From NCBI RefSeq assembly GCF_041245805.1, contig NZ_CP162490.1, forward strand, positions 347,336 to 411,335: a DNA stretch of 64,000 nt. The letters are read 5' to 3'. Position numbers and translations under genes: made by a program. This DNA is from Xanthomonas tesorieronis (lineage in GTDB: Bacteria > Pseudomonadota > Gammaproteobacteria > Xanthomonadales > Xanthomonadaceae). Positions within the stretch are counted from its first letter, which is position 1, and every line of letters begins with the position of its first letter. The notes under the pieces were generated by a model, which was not told where the DNA came from, ran no database searches, and saw only the letters and a program-made list of their open reading frames with translations. Positions 40,323 to 50,619 of the stretch are shown here, piece by piece.

Positions 40323-42904
40323 TCAGGTGCCGCGTGGCTTGGCGCGATGGCTGGCGGTGGCGGTCCACGGATCGTCCGGCCACGGGTGGCGGGGATAGCG
40401 GCCCTTCATTTCCTTCTTCACTTCCGGATAGGTGCTGGACCAGAAGTTGCGCAGGTCCTGGGTCACCTGCAGCGGGCGCCCGCCCGGCGAGAGCAGGTGC
40501 AGCAGCAGCGGCACGCGGCCGTCGGCGACGCGCGGGGTGTCGGCCAGGCCGAACAGTTCCTGCAGCTTCACCGCCAGCACCGGCGGTTGCGCCTGGCCGG
40601 CGTGGTCGAGCGCGTAGTCGATGCGCCGCTCCATGCCCGAGGGCACGCTGATCCGCGTCGGCGCATGCCGATCGACGGCCTGCCGCTGGTCCCATGGCAG
40701 CAGCGACTTCAGCGCCTCGCCCAGCTCGTCTTCGCCCAGCGCGTCGAGCCGGGTCTTGCCGGCAAAGGCCGGTCGCAGCCAGCCGTCCAGGGTTTCCAGC
40801 AACGCCGCGTCGCCGAGATCGGGCAATCCCAGCTCCGGCATCCATGTGCGCAGTGCGACCACGCGCGCGCGCCACTGGGTCAGCGGCTCGCTCCACGGCA
40901 GCGCCTGCAGGCCGAGTTCGCGCACCGCCTCGGTCAGCGCCGCTGCCGCATGCGCCGGATCGACGCGGCCGGCGGGGCGGCTGTCGAGCACGATGCGGTC
41001 GAAGCGGGTTTCGCGCAGCGCGCTCAGCGCGCGCCGTTCGGCGTCCCAGCGCACCACGTCCTGCTGCACGAAGCGCTGCGGGAAATCCGCGCGCAGCCGC
41101 GCCTCGTCCACCGGCGCGGCGCGCAGCAGCAGCGCGTCCTTGGCTTCGTAGCGCAGTTCGGTGGCGACCAGCCACGGCTCGCCGCGCAGGTCGCTGTGCT
41201 CGAACAGGCGTGCGCTGCGGCCGTTGGCCAGCAGATAGCGCAACGGATCGGCCGGATGCCGGGTGGCGATGCGGTCGGGGAAGGCATGGGCGAGCAGGTC
41301 GCCCAGTTCGTGCGCTTCCACGCTGTCCGGCGCGGCGGCGTCGCTGCGCAGGCGCCGCCGCCACTGCTTGGCCGCCGCGTCGATCGCGGCCAGGCCGCCG
41401 CGGTTGGCGTCGTGCGGGGCGCGGCCGCGGCGGAACCCGGCCAGTGCGCGCCAGCGCGCCGCCAGCGCGTCGCCGCCCTGACGCAACGGGTCGCGCGCCT
41501 CGACCAGCGCGGCCAGGTCGCAGGCCAGCGCCTGCGCCCGTGGGTCCGGCGCAGCCAGCAACATCGCCGCCAGTCGCGGGTGGGTGCCCAGCGCGAGCAT
41601 GCGCCGCCCGTTCGCGGTGATCGCATGGTTCTCGCTCAAGGCGCCCAGCCGCTGCAGCAGTTCGCGCGCGGCGGCCAGCGCGCCGGGCGGCGGCGGATCG
41701 ACGAAGCGCAGCGTGTCGCTGCCCCAGGCCGCCAGTTCCAGCGCCAGCCCGGCCAGTTCCACCTGCAGCATTTCCGCGCGTCGCTGCGCCTCCAGGCGCT
41801 GCGACTGCGGCCACAGCCGGTAGGCCCAGCCGGAGGCGACACGGCCGGCGCGGCCGGCGCGCTGGTCGGCCGAGGCCTGGGCGATGGCGGTGACGTCCAG
41901 CCGCGAGAAGCCGCTGTTGGGGTCGTAGTGCGGCTCGCGCGCCAGGCCGGCGTCGATCACCACGCGCACGCCGGGCAGCGTCACCGACGATTCGGCCACG
42001 TTGGTCGCCAGCACCACGCGGCGGCGGCCGTGCGGATCGGGCTGCAACACCTTGCTCTGCTGCTCGACCGGCAACTCGCCATGCAACGGCAACACGTCGA
42101 CACCGTTCCCTTCTCCCCCCGGGAGAAGGTTGCGCGCAGCGCCGGATGAGGGTACGGCAGAAGCGGTGCCTGACGGCGCACCCGACCCCACCCCGGCCGC
42201 CTCCAACGCCGCCTGCACCCGCGCGATCTCGCGCTGTCCGGGCAGGAACACCAGCACGTCGCCGGGATGCTGTTGCAGCGCGTGCTCGACCGCGCGGCGG
42301 GTCTGCGCTTCCAGCGCCTCGTCGCGCCGCGCCGGGAAATGCGCGATCTCCACCGGATAGCTGCGGCCGGCACTGGACAGGCGCGGCGCGTCCAGGAACT
42401 GCGCCAGGCGTTCGCCGTCCAGCGTCGCCGACATCACCACGATGCGCAGGTCCTCGCGCACCTGCGCCTGCACGTCCAGCGCCAGCGCCAGGCCCAGGTC
42501 GGCGGCCAGATGGCGTTCGTGGAATTCGTCGAACAGCAGCGCACCGACGCCGTCGAGCATCGGATCGTCCTGGATCATCCGGGTCAGGATGCCCTCGGTG
42601 ACCACTTCGATGCGGGTGCGCGCGGAGACCTTGTTCTCGAAGCGGATGCGGTAGCCCACGGTCTCGCCCGGCGCTTCGCCGCGCTGCCTGGCCATGAACG
42701 TGGCGGCGCTGCGCGCGGCGACCCGGCGCGGCTCCAGCATCACGATGCGGCGGCCCTGCAGCCAAGGCGCCTCCAGCAACGCCGGCGGCACCTGGGTGGT
42801 CTTGCCGGCGCCGGGCGGGGCTTCCAGCACCAGCCGCGGATGCGCGGCGAGGCTGTCGCGGATCTGCGGCAGCAGCGGATCGATCGGAAAAGCGGGAGAG
42901 GCCA
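40323..42904 (-). CDS. hrpB: ATP-dependent RNA helicase HrpB
   Basis: DEAH-box helicase motifs (APPGAGKTTQ, DEFHER, SATLD) and the HrpB C-terminal domain; 860 aa. Confidence 0.9.
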
Positions 42905-43015
42905 TCGGCCAAGGATACGGATCGGCTGCGCCGCTGTAGAGCGCAGCCCGCTCGCCGGCAGCGCCGGCCCCGTACAATCTCCGGCTTTGCTGCCCGGCTT
43001 TCTCGGCATTTCCGC

Positions 43016-43813
43016 ATGACTCTGATCGATATCGGCGCCAACCTCACCCACGATTCCTTCGATCGCGACCGCGACGCGGTGCTGCAGCGCGCCCGCGATG
43101 CAGGCGTCGCGCAGTTGGTGGTCACCGGCGCCAGCCGCGAGCATTCGCCGCTGGCGTTGCAGCTGGCGCAGCAGCATCCCGGCTTCCTCTACGCCACGGC
43201 GGGCGTGCATCCGCATCACGCCGTCGAATACACCGCCGAGTGCGACGCGGAACTGCGCGCGCTGCATGCGCATGCCGAGGTGGTGGCGGTGGGCGAGTGC
43301 GGGCTCGACTATTTCCGCGACCTCGCGCCGCGCCCGGCGCAGCACCGCGCCTTCGAGCGCCAACTGCAGTTGGCCGCCGACACCGGCAAGCCGCTGTTCC
43401 TGCACCAGCGCGACGCGCATGCGGATTTCCTGGCGCTGATGCGCCAGTTCGACGGCAAGCTCGGCCCGGCGGTGGTGCATTGCTTCACCGGCACCCGCGA
43501 GGAGCTGTTCGACTACCTGGACCGCGACTGGCATATCGGCATCACCGGTTGGCTGTGCGACGAGCGCCGCGGCGCGCACCTGCGCGAGCTGGTCAAGAAC
43601 ATCCCGGCATCGCGGCTGATGATCGAGACCGACGCGCCGTACCTGCTGCCGCGCACGCTCAAGCCGCTGCCCAAGGACCGGCGCAACGAGCCGGCGTTCC
43701 TGGCGCACATCGTCGAGGAACTGGCGCGCGACCGCGGCGAGGACGTGGCGGCGACCGCGGCGGCGACCACCGCCACCGCACGCGGGTTCTTCCACCTGCC
43801 CGACGCCGGGTGA
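43016..43813 (+). CDS. TatD family hydrolase
   Basis: N-terminus DIGANLTH…VHPHHA…ECGLDY…ETDAPYLLP is typical of TatD. Confidence 0.85.
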   Translation: MTLIDIGANLTHDSFDRDRDAVLQRARDAGVAQLVVTGASREHSPLALQLAQQHPGFLYATAGVHPHHAVEYTAECDAELRALHAHAEVVAVGECGLDYFRDLAPRPAQHRAFERQLQLAADTGKPLFLHQRDAHADFLALMRQFDGKLGPAVVHCFTGTREELFDYLDRDWHIGITGWLCDERRGAHLRELVKNIPASRLMIETDAPYLLPRTLKPLPKDRRNEPAFLAHIVEELARDRGEDVAATAAATTATARGFFHLPDAG

Positions 43814-43943
43814 GCGGCGTCCGTCGCTGGCTGCGGCTATCGCCGGCGGGCGTGGCGATGCGCCTTTGTCTTGCACGGATCGAATTGCCGGTGGCAGGCG
43901 CGCTGCCGCAGGGTTCGAACGCGTCCTTGCGCCAGCCATGCCC

Positions 43944-44009
43944 TGTAGGAGCGGCTTCAGCCGCGACAGGTATTTTCGGTAGAGCGTTGCGGCTGAAGCC
44001 GCTCCTACA
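43944..44009. repeat. REP-like palindromic element pair (the same family as 39216-39300)
   Basis: TGTAGGAGCGGCTTCAGCCGCGACA with an inverted near-identical copy. Confidence 0.65.
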
Positions 44010-44055
44010 GGGGCGTTCACTGCGTAGCGCCGGTTTTTCGTGGCGCGGAGCGGCG

Positions 44056-44559
44056 CTATTCGATCTGCGCGTCCTCGCGCTTGGCTTCGGCCATCGCTTC
44101 CGGCTCCAGCTCCTCGGCGCTGCGGTTGAGCTTGACGAACACGCCCCAGGCGACCAGCAACAGCGCCGCGCACAGGCCGACCGCGGTGGCGTAGGGCAGC
44201 TTGGCCGGGTCGTCGTGCATCAGCTCGAAGATCGACACCAGCGTTTCGATCGCCAGGGCGATGACGATGACCACGAAGAACCGCGACAGGTAGCGGCGCA
44301 CCCGCGTCGGGCCACTGACCTTGACGTCGCGCTGCACTTCTTCCTCGAAGATGGTCTGGCCCAGCTCCAGGGTCACCAGCGCCACGGTGAGCAGGCCGAT
44401 CGCCTCCAGCACCACGTTGAAGCGGTCGCGGATCACCAGGTCGCCGCCGGGGGTGAGGCCGTGCCACAGCTCCAGCACCGCCATCGCCACCAGGCCGGCG
44501 GCGCACAGCAGGAACAGCAGGATGATCAGAAAATGGCCGCCGCGGAATAGTTTTTCCAT
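44056..44559 (-). CDS. psiE: Phosphate-starvation-inducible protein PsiE
   Basis: Four-TM PsiE family; 167 aa. Confidence 0.75.
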   Translation of the reverse strand: MEKLFRGGHFLIILLFLLCAAGLVAMAVLELWHGLTPGGDLVIRDRFNVVLEAIGLLTVALVTLELGQTIFEEEVQRDVKVSGPTRVRRYLSRFFVVIVIALAIETLVSIFELMHDDPAKLPYATAVGLCAALLLVAWGVFVKLNRSAEELEPEAMAEAKREDAQIE

Positions 44560-45027
44560 GAACTTCGTCGCCGCTTGCCGGGATCAGGTCGGCGAGCATA
44601 GGCGCGGCGGGCGTCAGCGGCGCGCGAAGAGGCGAGATGGACGAGGGGGCCGGGCCGCAAGCGAGAAGTGGCTGGCACGCAATGCGGTCCGCGGGACCCC
44701 CAGGGAAGCTGGCGTCCGGCGGTGTTGCACTGCTCGGTCGGGTTGGTCAGGGACTGCAGGCGGGACGCTGACCTGGCCGGTCGCTGGTCGCTGGTCAAGA
44801 TTGAAACCACTACTCGCCGGGCAACGGATGGCCGGCCGAGTGCACTGTGGGAGGGACTTCAGTCCCGACGCCTGTCCACTGCAGCCGACCCAGCCCTGCT
44901 GGTTGCGGTCTGCCAGCTCGCACAAAACGAATGGCGGGCATGGCGATGTGCCGGAAAAACCTGCGGGGGCCTGAGCCTCCCGCTGCCACTTTCGCGACTG
45001 CCAGGGTGTGGCCCCGCCGCCCCGCTT

Positions 45028-45972
45028 TCAGCCCTGCGCCAACCCGGCCTGGTAGGCCTGCAGATGGCAATAAGCGGCCATCAGCCATGGCGCGGTATGG
45101 CCGGCAGCGCGGGCGCGCGCCAGCATGTCGCCGACGATGTGCTGCGCTTCCACCTGCTGCCCGGCTTCCAGGTCGCGCAGCATCGACGCCTTCATCGGCG
45201 AGCCGGGCTGGGTCAGCAACTGCAGCGCGTTGGCCTGCGCCGCTTCCGGCACCGGCTCGCCCGCGGCGGCGGCGACCGCCGTGCATTCGGCATACAGTCC
45301 GCGCAGCAGCGCCACGCCGTCGTCGCTGGCGACGATGCGGCCGGTCGGCGCGCGCATCAGGCAGGTGGCCGCGGCCAGCGCGGTCAGGAAGGTGTACTTG
45401 ATCCACTGTTCCTGTGCGATCCGCGGCGTGGCCAGGTGATCGATGCCGGCCTGCGCGCAGGCGGCGGCCAGCTCGCGCACGCGCGCGCTGTCGGCGCCGC
45501 GCCCGTCGCGCTCGCCGAAGGTCAGCGAGGCCGGCTTGGCCAGGTGCTGGATGCTGCCGTCCGCGTCCAGCGTGGCGCTGATGAAGCACAGGCCGCCGAG
45601 AACGCGTTCGGCCCCGAAGCGGGTGTCCAGCAGCGGATAGTGGCGCAGGCCGTTGAGGATCGGCAGCAACGCGGTGTCGCGGCTCATCGCCGGCGCCAGC
45701 GCGTCCAGCGCGCTGTCCAGGTCGTAGGCCTTGCAGCTGAGGATCGCCAGGTCGAACGGCTGCGCCGCGGCGGTGGCCGGCAACGTATCGGCGGTCAGCG
45801 CGGCCACCGCGATGTCGGCGTCGCCGCGCGGGCTGCGGATGCGCAAGCCGTCGTGCTGCAGGCGCGCGGCCCGCGCCGGACGGACCAGGAAGGTGACGTC
45901 GGCGCCGGCCTGGGCCAGACGTCCGCCGAAGTAGCCGCCGGTCGCGCCGGCGCCGAGGATCAGGATGCGCAT
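45028..45972 (-). CDS. panE: 2-dehydropantoate 2-reductase (ketopantoate reductase)
   Basis: N-terminus ILILGAGATGGYFGGRLAQAG Rossmann fold plus the ApbA C-terminal domain; 314 aa. Confidence 0.8.
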   Translation of the reverse strand: MRILILGAGATGGYFGGRLAQAGADVTFLVRPARAARLQHDGLRIRSPRGDADIAVAALTADTLPATAAAQPFDLAILSCKAYDLDSALDALAPAMSRDTALLPILNGLRHYPLLDTRFGAERVLGGLCFISATLDADGSIQHLAKPASLTFGERDGRGADSARVRELAAACAQAGIDHLATPRIAQEQWIKYTFLTALAAATCLMRAPTGRIVASDDGVALLRGLYAECTAVAAAAGEPVPEAAQANALQLLTQPGSPMKASMLRDLEAGQQVEAQHIVGDMLARARAAGHTAPWLMAAYCHLQAYQAGLAQG

Positions 45973-46059
45973 GCGCCGATGGTAGCAGCGGCGCCGGCCG
46001 GCTTCAGCGTGGCGTGCCGCGTGCTTCCGGTGTGCGCAAGCCGTCCGGCGCCGCGAAGC

Positions 46060-47088
46060 CTAGCGCTTGACCAGCTCGACCCTGCGGTTTTGCGCCTTGC
46101 CCGCTTCGTTCGCATTGTCGGCTACCGGATCGGCGTCGCCAAACCCGGCAGAAGACAATCTGGAGGCATCGATGCCCTGGGCTGTAATGGCAGCGGCGAC
46201 GGCCTTGGCGCGGCCTTCCGACAGCGTCTTGTTGTGCGCCGGGTCGCCGGTGTTGTCGGTGTAGCCGTTCACGGCCAACTTCAGCGACGCATCCTGCCTG
46301 AGCAACTGCACGACCTGCTCGATCTGCGGCTGCGAGTCCGGCAGGATGTCGGTCTTGTCGGTGGCGAAGTTGACGTGCAATGCCACCTTGCCGGTCTTGT
46401 CGATCTGCGCCTTCAGTTCGCTGGCCGGCAGCACGCTGGCGGTGATTTCCAGCGGCTTGGTTTCGGCGATCAGCAGTCCGCCGCCGAACTGGTAGCTGCA
46501 CAGGTGGATCCAGATGTCGCGATCGGCGCGATGCACGACGAATACCTGCGTGGGATTGTTCCAGACATCGCCCAGGCCGCTGTTGTACTTGACCGCGAAG
46601 TCGCGCGGCCATTCCTTGATTTTCTGCCCGGCCTGCTCGGGAATCTTGCCGTCGAAGATCTTCTTGCCGCCCAGCGAAGCGACCACCGCTTCGATGTTGC
46701 GTTCCAATTCCACGTCCGAGAAGGTCTTGCCTTGCGCGGCATCGATGTGCGCCGACCAGACCTTGCCTTCCACCGTTTCCAGGCGATCGCCTGTCCAGAA
46801 CGGCACCTGGTCGAAATCGGCGAGATCCGGCGTGCTTCCGGTGACGTAGCCGTTGGGAAGGGCGATATACGGGAACGCGCCCAGCGGTACGCTCGACACC
46901 GGCAGGCTGGACGCATCGAAGCCCTTGGCGGCTGCCTCCTGCTGAGGTTGCGACGCCGGCGGACTGCTGGCCGCAGCCGCGGACGCGGCGGCATGCCCGT
47001 CGTTTTGCGCCGGTTGCTGCTGCTTCTTGCAGGCACCAAGACCCAGGGTGATCGCTACAACCAACGTCGCCGCTACTGCCTTTTTCAC
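46060..47088 (-). CDS. OmpA-family lipoprotein
   Basis: Lipobox LGAC after the GTG start (AGGAG 7 nt upstream) and a C-terminal OmpA domain (NGYTDNTGDP…NRRVEL). Confidence 0.8.
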   Translation of the reverse strand: MKKAVAATLVVAITLGLGACKKQQQPAQNDGHAAASAAAASSPPASQPQQEAAAKGFDASSLPVSSVPLGAFPYIALPNGYVTGSTPDLADFDQVPFWTGDRLETVEGKVWSAHIDAAQGKTFSDVELERNIEAVVASLGGKKIFDGKIPEQAGQKIKEWPRDFAVKYNSGLGDVWNNPTQVFVVHRADRDIWIHLCSYQFGGGLLIAETKPLEITASVLPASELKAQIDKTGKVALHVNFATDKTDILPDSQPQIEQVVQLLRQDASLKLAVNGYTDNTGDPAHNKTLSEGRAKAVAAAITAQGIDASRLSSAGFGDADPVADNANEAGKAQNRRVELVKR

Positions 47089-47218
47089 AGAGGTACTCCT
47101 TGCCGGGGGACGAAAAAACAGTGTAGCCGCGAACCCGGCCGATCTTCCTGCGCCACGATGAACACCGATCGATCGACGACGCGAAATGGCACGCGGCGCA
47201 AGCCGCCGGCGCGCGCGA

Positions 47219-47827
47219 CTAGCGGGTCGGCTCGGGCGGCTGGAACAGCGCATCGGGTTGCGGGCGGTATTCCACGCGCTGGATGTCCCACTGCTGCTGT
47301 TGTTGCAGGCCGGTCTTGCCGCGATATGCGAGCACCAGGCCGGTGTCGCGATCCAGCCACATCGTGCCCTGCCGGGTCATGCCGGGGCCGCCCGCATTGG
47401 AAAGCCGGTATCGCCACTGCACCGCGGGCCGGCCGGCATGGACGCCGATATCGGCACGTTGGCAGTCGGCGAACATGCCCAGGCCGGCGCACGGCTGTTC
47501 CGGGTCGAAGCGCAGCGGCCAGCGCATGCCGGGCACCGGCATGCCGTCGCCCTGCTGTCCCACGATCCAGCCAACGGGTGCGTCCTTGGTCAGGATCAAC
47601 GCGTACGGCGTACCGCTGGCGTCCTTGAACTGCACGCGCAGCGCATCGTCGCGGAAATACAGGGTCACCGGCTGCGGCGCGTCCTTGGGGCGGATCCGGC
47701 TCAATCCGCTCAGCTGGTTGGTCGTCACCTCGGCCACGCCGGAGAACGGAAACTCCTCGGCGCGCGTGCTTTGCGCAAGCGCAGGGGAGATCGCGAGCGC
47801 ACATGCCAGCACCGAACGCCAAAGCAT
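47219..47827 (-). CDS. Secreted hypothetical protein (last gene of the Tad-like operon)
   Basis: Signal peptide MLWRSVLACALAISPALA. The start overlaps the upstream stop (TGATG). Confidence 0.5.
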   Translation of the reverse strand: MLWRSVLACALAISPALAQSTRAEEFPFSGVAEVTTNQLSGLSRIRPKDAPQPVTLYFRDDALRVQFKDASGTPYALILTKDAPVGWIVGQQGDGMPVPGMRWPLRFDPEQPCAGLGMFADCQRADIGVHAGRPAVQWRYRLSNAGGPGMTRQGTMWLDRDTGLVLAYRGKTGLQQQQQWDIQRVEYRPQPDALFQPPEPTR

Positions 47828-48501
47828 CACTTGTCCAGATTGCCCTGTTTGTAGATCGGCGATTGCATGCGCACGATCGCATAGCTTTCGATCGGCAAGC
47901 GATTGGTCAGCGGTTGCAGCGTCGAGGATTCGAAGGTGCCTGGCTTGAGGTACTGGGACTTCCCCCCCAGTACCCAGCCAACGAACGGCACTACCAGCGG
48001 CGCGTCGTAGACGACTTTGACTTTCAGGATGTTGGCGTCCTGGACATTGACGCCGCTGCTGCCGACCGCGGTGCTGCGATAGGCGAGCGTATCGTTGGGC
48101 AGGGCGTACTGGCCGTTGTACTGCCGCTCCTTGAAGTTGCCCCATGCCGCGCGCGTCGGGTTGATCACGGTGATGTGCCCGCGCCTGAGCACGTTCAAGT
48201 CCGCATACGCCTTGCCATACGCGACTTCCAATGCGACCTGCCCGGTCTCATTGGAGTAGAGCGGCATCATGCCCTTGGCGAAGCTCCTCTGCATTTCGCC
48301 GCGGTCCACGCCGGTTACCGCGCCTGTGCGCGCGACCATCAGCGCGGCGTAATCGAGCGTCGTCTTCATTCGGTACAACAGCACCGCCTGGATGACCGCC
48401 AGCAGCAGGAACAGCAGGACCGGGGTGATGATCACCAGTTCCACCATGGATTGGCCGCGCATCGAGCGCCGGCTGCGCAATTCCCGCATACGTGTTTTCA
48501 T
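47827..48501 (-). CDS. TadE/TadG-like pilus assembly protein (pseudopilin)
   Basis: N-terminus RGQSMVELVIITPVLLFLLLAV is a TadE-like motif. ATGA overlap with the upstream DUF192 gene. Confidence 0.7.
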   Translation of the reverse strand: MKTRMRELRSRRSMRGQSMVELVIITPVLLFLLLAVIQAVLLYRMKTTLDYAALMVARTGAVTGVDRGEMQRSFAKGMMPLYSNETGQVALEVAYGKAYADLNVLRRGHITVINPTRAAWGNFKERQYNGQYALPNDTLAYRSTAVGSSGVNVQDANILKVKVVYDAPLVVPFVGWVLGGKSQYLKPGTFESSTLQPLTNRLPIESYAIVRMQSPIYKQGNLDK

Positions 48502-48887
48502 GACCATGCTCCGGTGTCGGGCGGCGGCGCGACCGTTGCGGTGCGCCAGCGCCACTGTTCGCCTTGCTGCGGCTGCAGCCGGTCCAGCGCGCCGCCATGG
48601 AATTCGACGGTGGCCACGGCGCGCCGGCAGGCCGCGGCGCGGTACGGCCTGACGTTCTCGCGCCATTCCAGCACGACGTCGTCGCGCGCGAGGAACACCA
48701 GGTCCAACGGGTAGGCCATGCCGATGGTGTGCACACTGGCGCAGGGCCGGATCAACAGGGCTTCCGATCCGTCCTCGGCCAGTGCCGGCCGGGCCAGCAA
48801 GCCGCGCATCCGCGACCACCAGGTGTCGGCGGACCACACGTGCGGGATGGGAGCGCCCCCGCTGCGCTCGATGTGCCCGTGCTTCAC
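48498..48887 (-). CDS. DUF192 domain protein
   Basis: SVHTIGMAYPLDLVFLARDDVV…ENVRPY…VEFHGG is typical of DUF192. The GTG start overlaps the tadC stop (GTGA). MRGLL is an alternative start. Confidence 0.55.
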   Translation of the reverse strand: MKHGHIERSGGAPIPHVWSADTWWSRMRGLLARPALAEDGSEALLIRPCASVHTIGMAYPLDLVFLARDDVVLEWRENVRPYRAAACRRAVATVEFHGGALDRLQPQQGEQWRWRTATVAPPPDTGAWS

Positions 48888-49774
48888 AGGATTCCCTCCT
48901 GCAACATCTTCAAGTAGATGAAGTAGCCCAGGAACAGGAAGATCAGCGGGAAGAAGAACATCACCAGCGGCAGCATCATCTTCACCGGCGCCTCCAGCGC
49001 CAGCTTCTCCGCGCGCAGGAAGCGCTCTTCGCGGCGCTGGTTGGCCTGCGCGCGCAGGGTGTCGCTCAAGTTGGCGCCGACCTTGTCTGCCTGAATCAGC
49101 GCGCTGGTGAAGCTGGTGATCTGGCCGATGTCCATGCGCTCGGCCATGCGCCGCAGCGCTTCGGCCCTGGGAAGTCCGGCACGCAGATCGCGGAGCATGC
49201 GCGAGAACTCCTGCGACAGCGCACCGGCCGGGCCCTTGGCCACGGCCTGCTCGATGCCGCCGGTCACATTCAAGCCGGCTTCCACCGACATGGTGATGAA
49301 ATCCAGGTAGACCGGCAGGTCGCGCACCACTGCCTTCTGCCGCGCCTTGCGGCGTTCGCCCAACCACAGCACGGGGTAGAGCCAACCCAGCACGCCCCCG
49401 AAGAACAGGCACATCAGCCCCGCGCCGACCGCGAGCTTGCCGAGCATCGCCGTGCACAGCAGGAACACCGCGGTCACCACGATCGCGCTGGCCATGCGCA
49501 GGCCGTAGAACTCTTCCGGGGTCAGGGTGAAGTCCTGTCCGGCCGCCTGCAGTTGGCGATGGGTCTGCTCGAGCTGGGTGACGCTGAGGTGCGGCGCGAT
49601 GCGGCGCGTCAGCACCGTCACCAGTGGCCACATCAACTGCATCAGGCGCGGCAGCGGGTCGTAGTAAGTACGGTCCTCCAGCTCGACTTCGCGGATCACC
49701 CCGCGCGTGCCGATGATCACCAGCGCGACGGCGCCGGCAGCCAGAAGAGCGACGAGGGCGAGCATCCAGGTCAT
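48884..49774 (-). CDS. tadC: Flp pilus assembly protein TadC (T2SS-F domain)
   Basis: Type II secretion F-domain membrane protein. ATGA overlap with tadB. Confidence 0.8.
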   Translation of the reverse strand: MTWMLALVALLAAGAVALVIIGTRGVIREVELEDRTYYDPLPRLMQLMWPLVTVLTRRIAPHLSVTQLEQTHRQLQAAGQDFTLTPEEFYGLRMASAIVVTAVFLLCTAMLGKLAVGAGLMCLFFGGVLGWLYPVLWLGERRKARQKAVVRDLPVYLDFITMSVEAGLNVTGGIEQAVAKGPAGALSQEFSRMLRDLRAGLPRAEALRRMAERMDIGQITSFTSALIQADKVGANLSDTLRAQANQRREERFLRAEKLALEAPVKMMLPLVMFFFPLIFLFLGYFIYLKMLQEGIL

Positions 49775-50619
49775 ACGTCGATCGTCATGATCTTCTTGCA
49801 GAGGCGATAGCCCAGATATTCCATGATCAGGCAGATGGTGATCACCACCCATCCGTGCCAGCTGTGGAACATGGGCTGCATGGTTTCGCTGTACATCAGG
49901 CTCAGATAGCCGATCAGGAAGACCGGCAGCATCGCCATGACGATGCCCTGCAACCGGCCTTGCGCGGTCAGCGACTTGACCTTCTTTTCCATGGTCAGGC
50001 GCCGGCGCAGCGTTTCGGCCAGCGTCGCCAGGGTTTCGGCCAGGTTGCCGCCGACCTCGCGCGAGATGTTCACCGCCGACACGAACAGCTCGGCGTCGGT
50101 GATCGGCACCCGCTTGCTGAAGTTTTCCATCGCCTCTTCGGCGCGGATGCCCATGTGCTGCTCACGCAGCACCAGCGCCAGTTCCTGCGCCAGCGGCGGC
50201 TGGCCGTCGTGCACCAGCACTTCCATCGCCGGCGCGAAGCCCACGCCGGCACGCAGGCTGCTGGACAGCATCTGCAACGCATCCGGGAGCTGCTCCTGGA
50301 TCCTCTCCAGCCGCCGCCGGCGCAGATACGCATAGATCTTGCGGGGCGCGAAGATCAGGAAGATGCCGATCAGCACCGCGATGACCAGGCTGCCGGTCAG
50401 CATCCAGATGAGCAGCGGGATGATCACCATCACCACGGCGCTGACCATGTAGACCTGCGCGGGGTCCATGAACAGGAACATGTCCGCCAGGTTCATGCGC
50501 GCCTGGTCCATGAAGCTCTCGCGGTAGCGCTTCATGAACCGCTCGCCGGAACGCGCAACCAGCAGAACGCCCATCAAGGCGCCGCCGAACACCAGCAAGG
50601 CGATCAACCACAGGGCCAT
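49771..50619 (-). CDS. tadB: Flp pilus assembly protein TadB (T2SS-F domain)
   Basis: T2SS-F-domain polytopic membrane protein; 282 aa. Confidence 0.8.
   Translation of the reverse strand: MALWLIALLVFGGALMGVLLVARSGERFMKRYRESFMDQARMNLADMFLFMDPAQVYMVSAVVMVIIPLLIWMLTGSLVIAVLIGIFLIFAPRKIYAYLRRRRLERIQEQLPDALQMLSSSLRAGVGFAPAMEVLVHDGQPPLAQELALVLREQHMGIRAEEAMENFSKRVPITDAELFVSAVNISREVGGNLAETLATLAETLRRRLTMEKKVKSLTAQGRLQGIVMAMLPVFLIGYLSLMYSETMQPMFHSWHGWVVITICLIMEYLGYRLCKKIMTIDV

Noticed and set aside
39937-43125. 1062-aa minus ORF and 611-aa plus ORF overlapping hrpB
   Set aside because: Low-complexity Arg/Ala/Gly translations. HrpB motifs identify the true frame.
44668-47628. 986-aa plus-strand ORF spanning panE, ompA and downstream genes
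   Set aside because: Antisense artefact across three real minus-strand genes.
48498-49631. 377-aa minus ORF fusing DUF192 with an out-of-frame reading of tadC
   Set aside because: Only the C-terminal ~130 aa (DUF192) is protein-like. The rest is an alternate frame of tadC.
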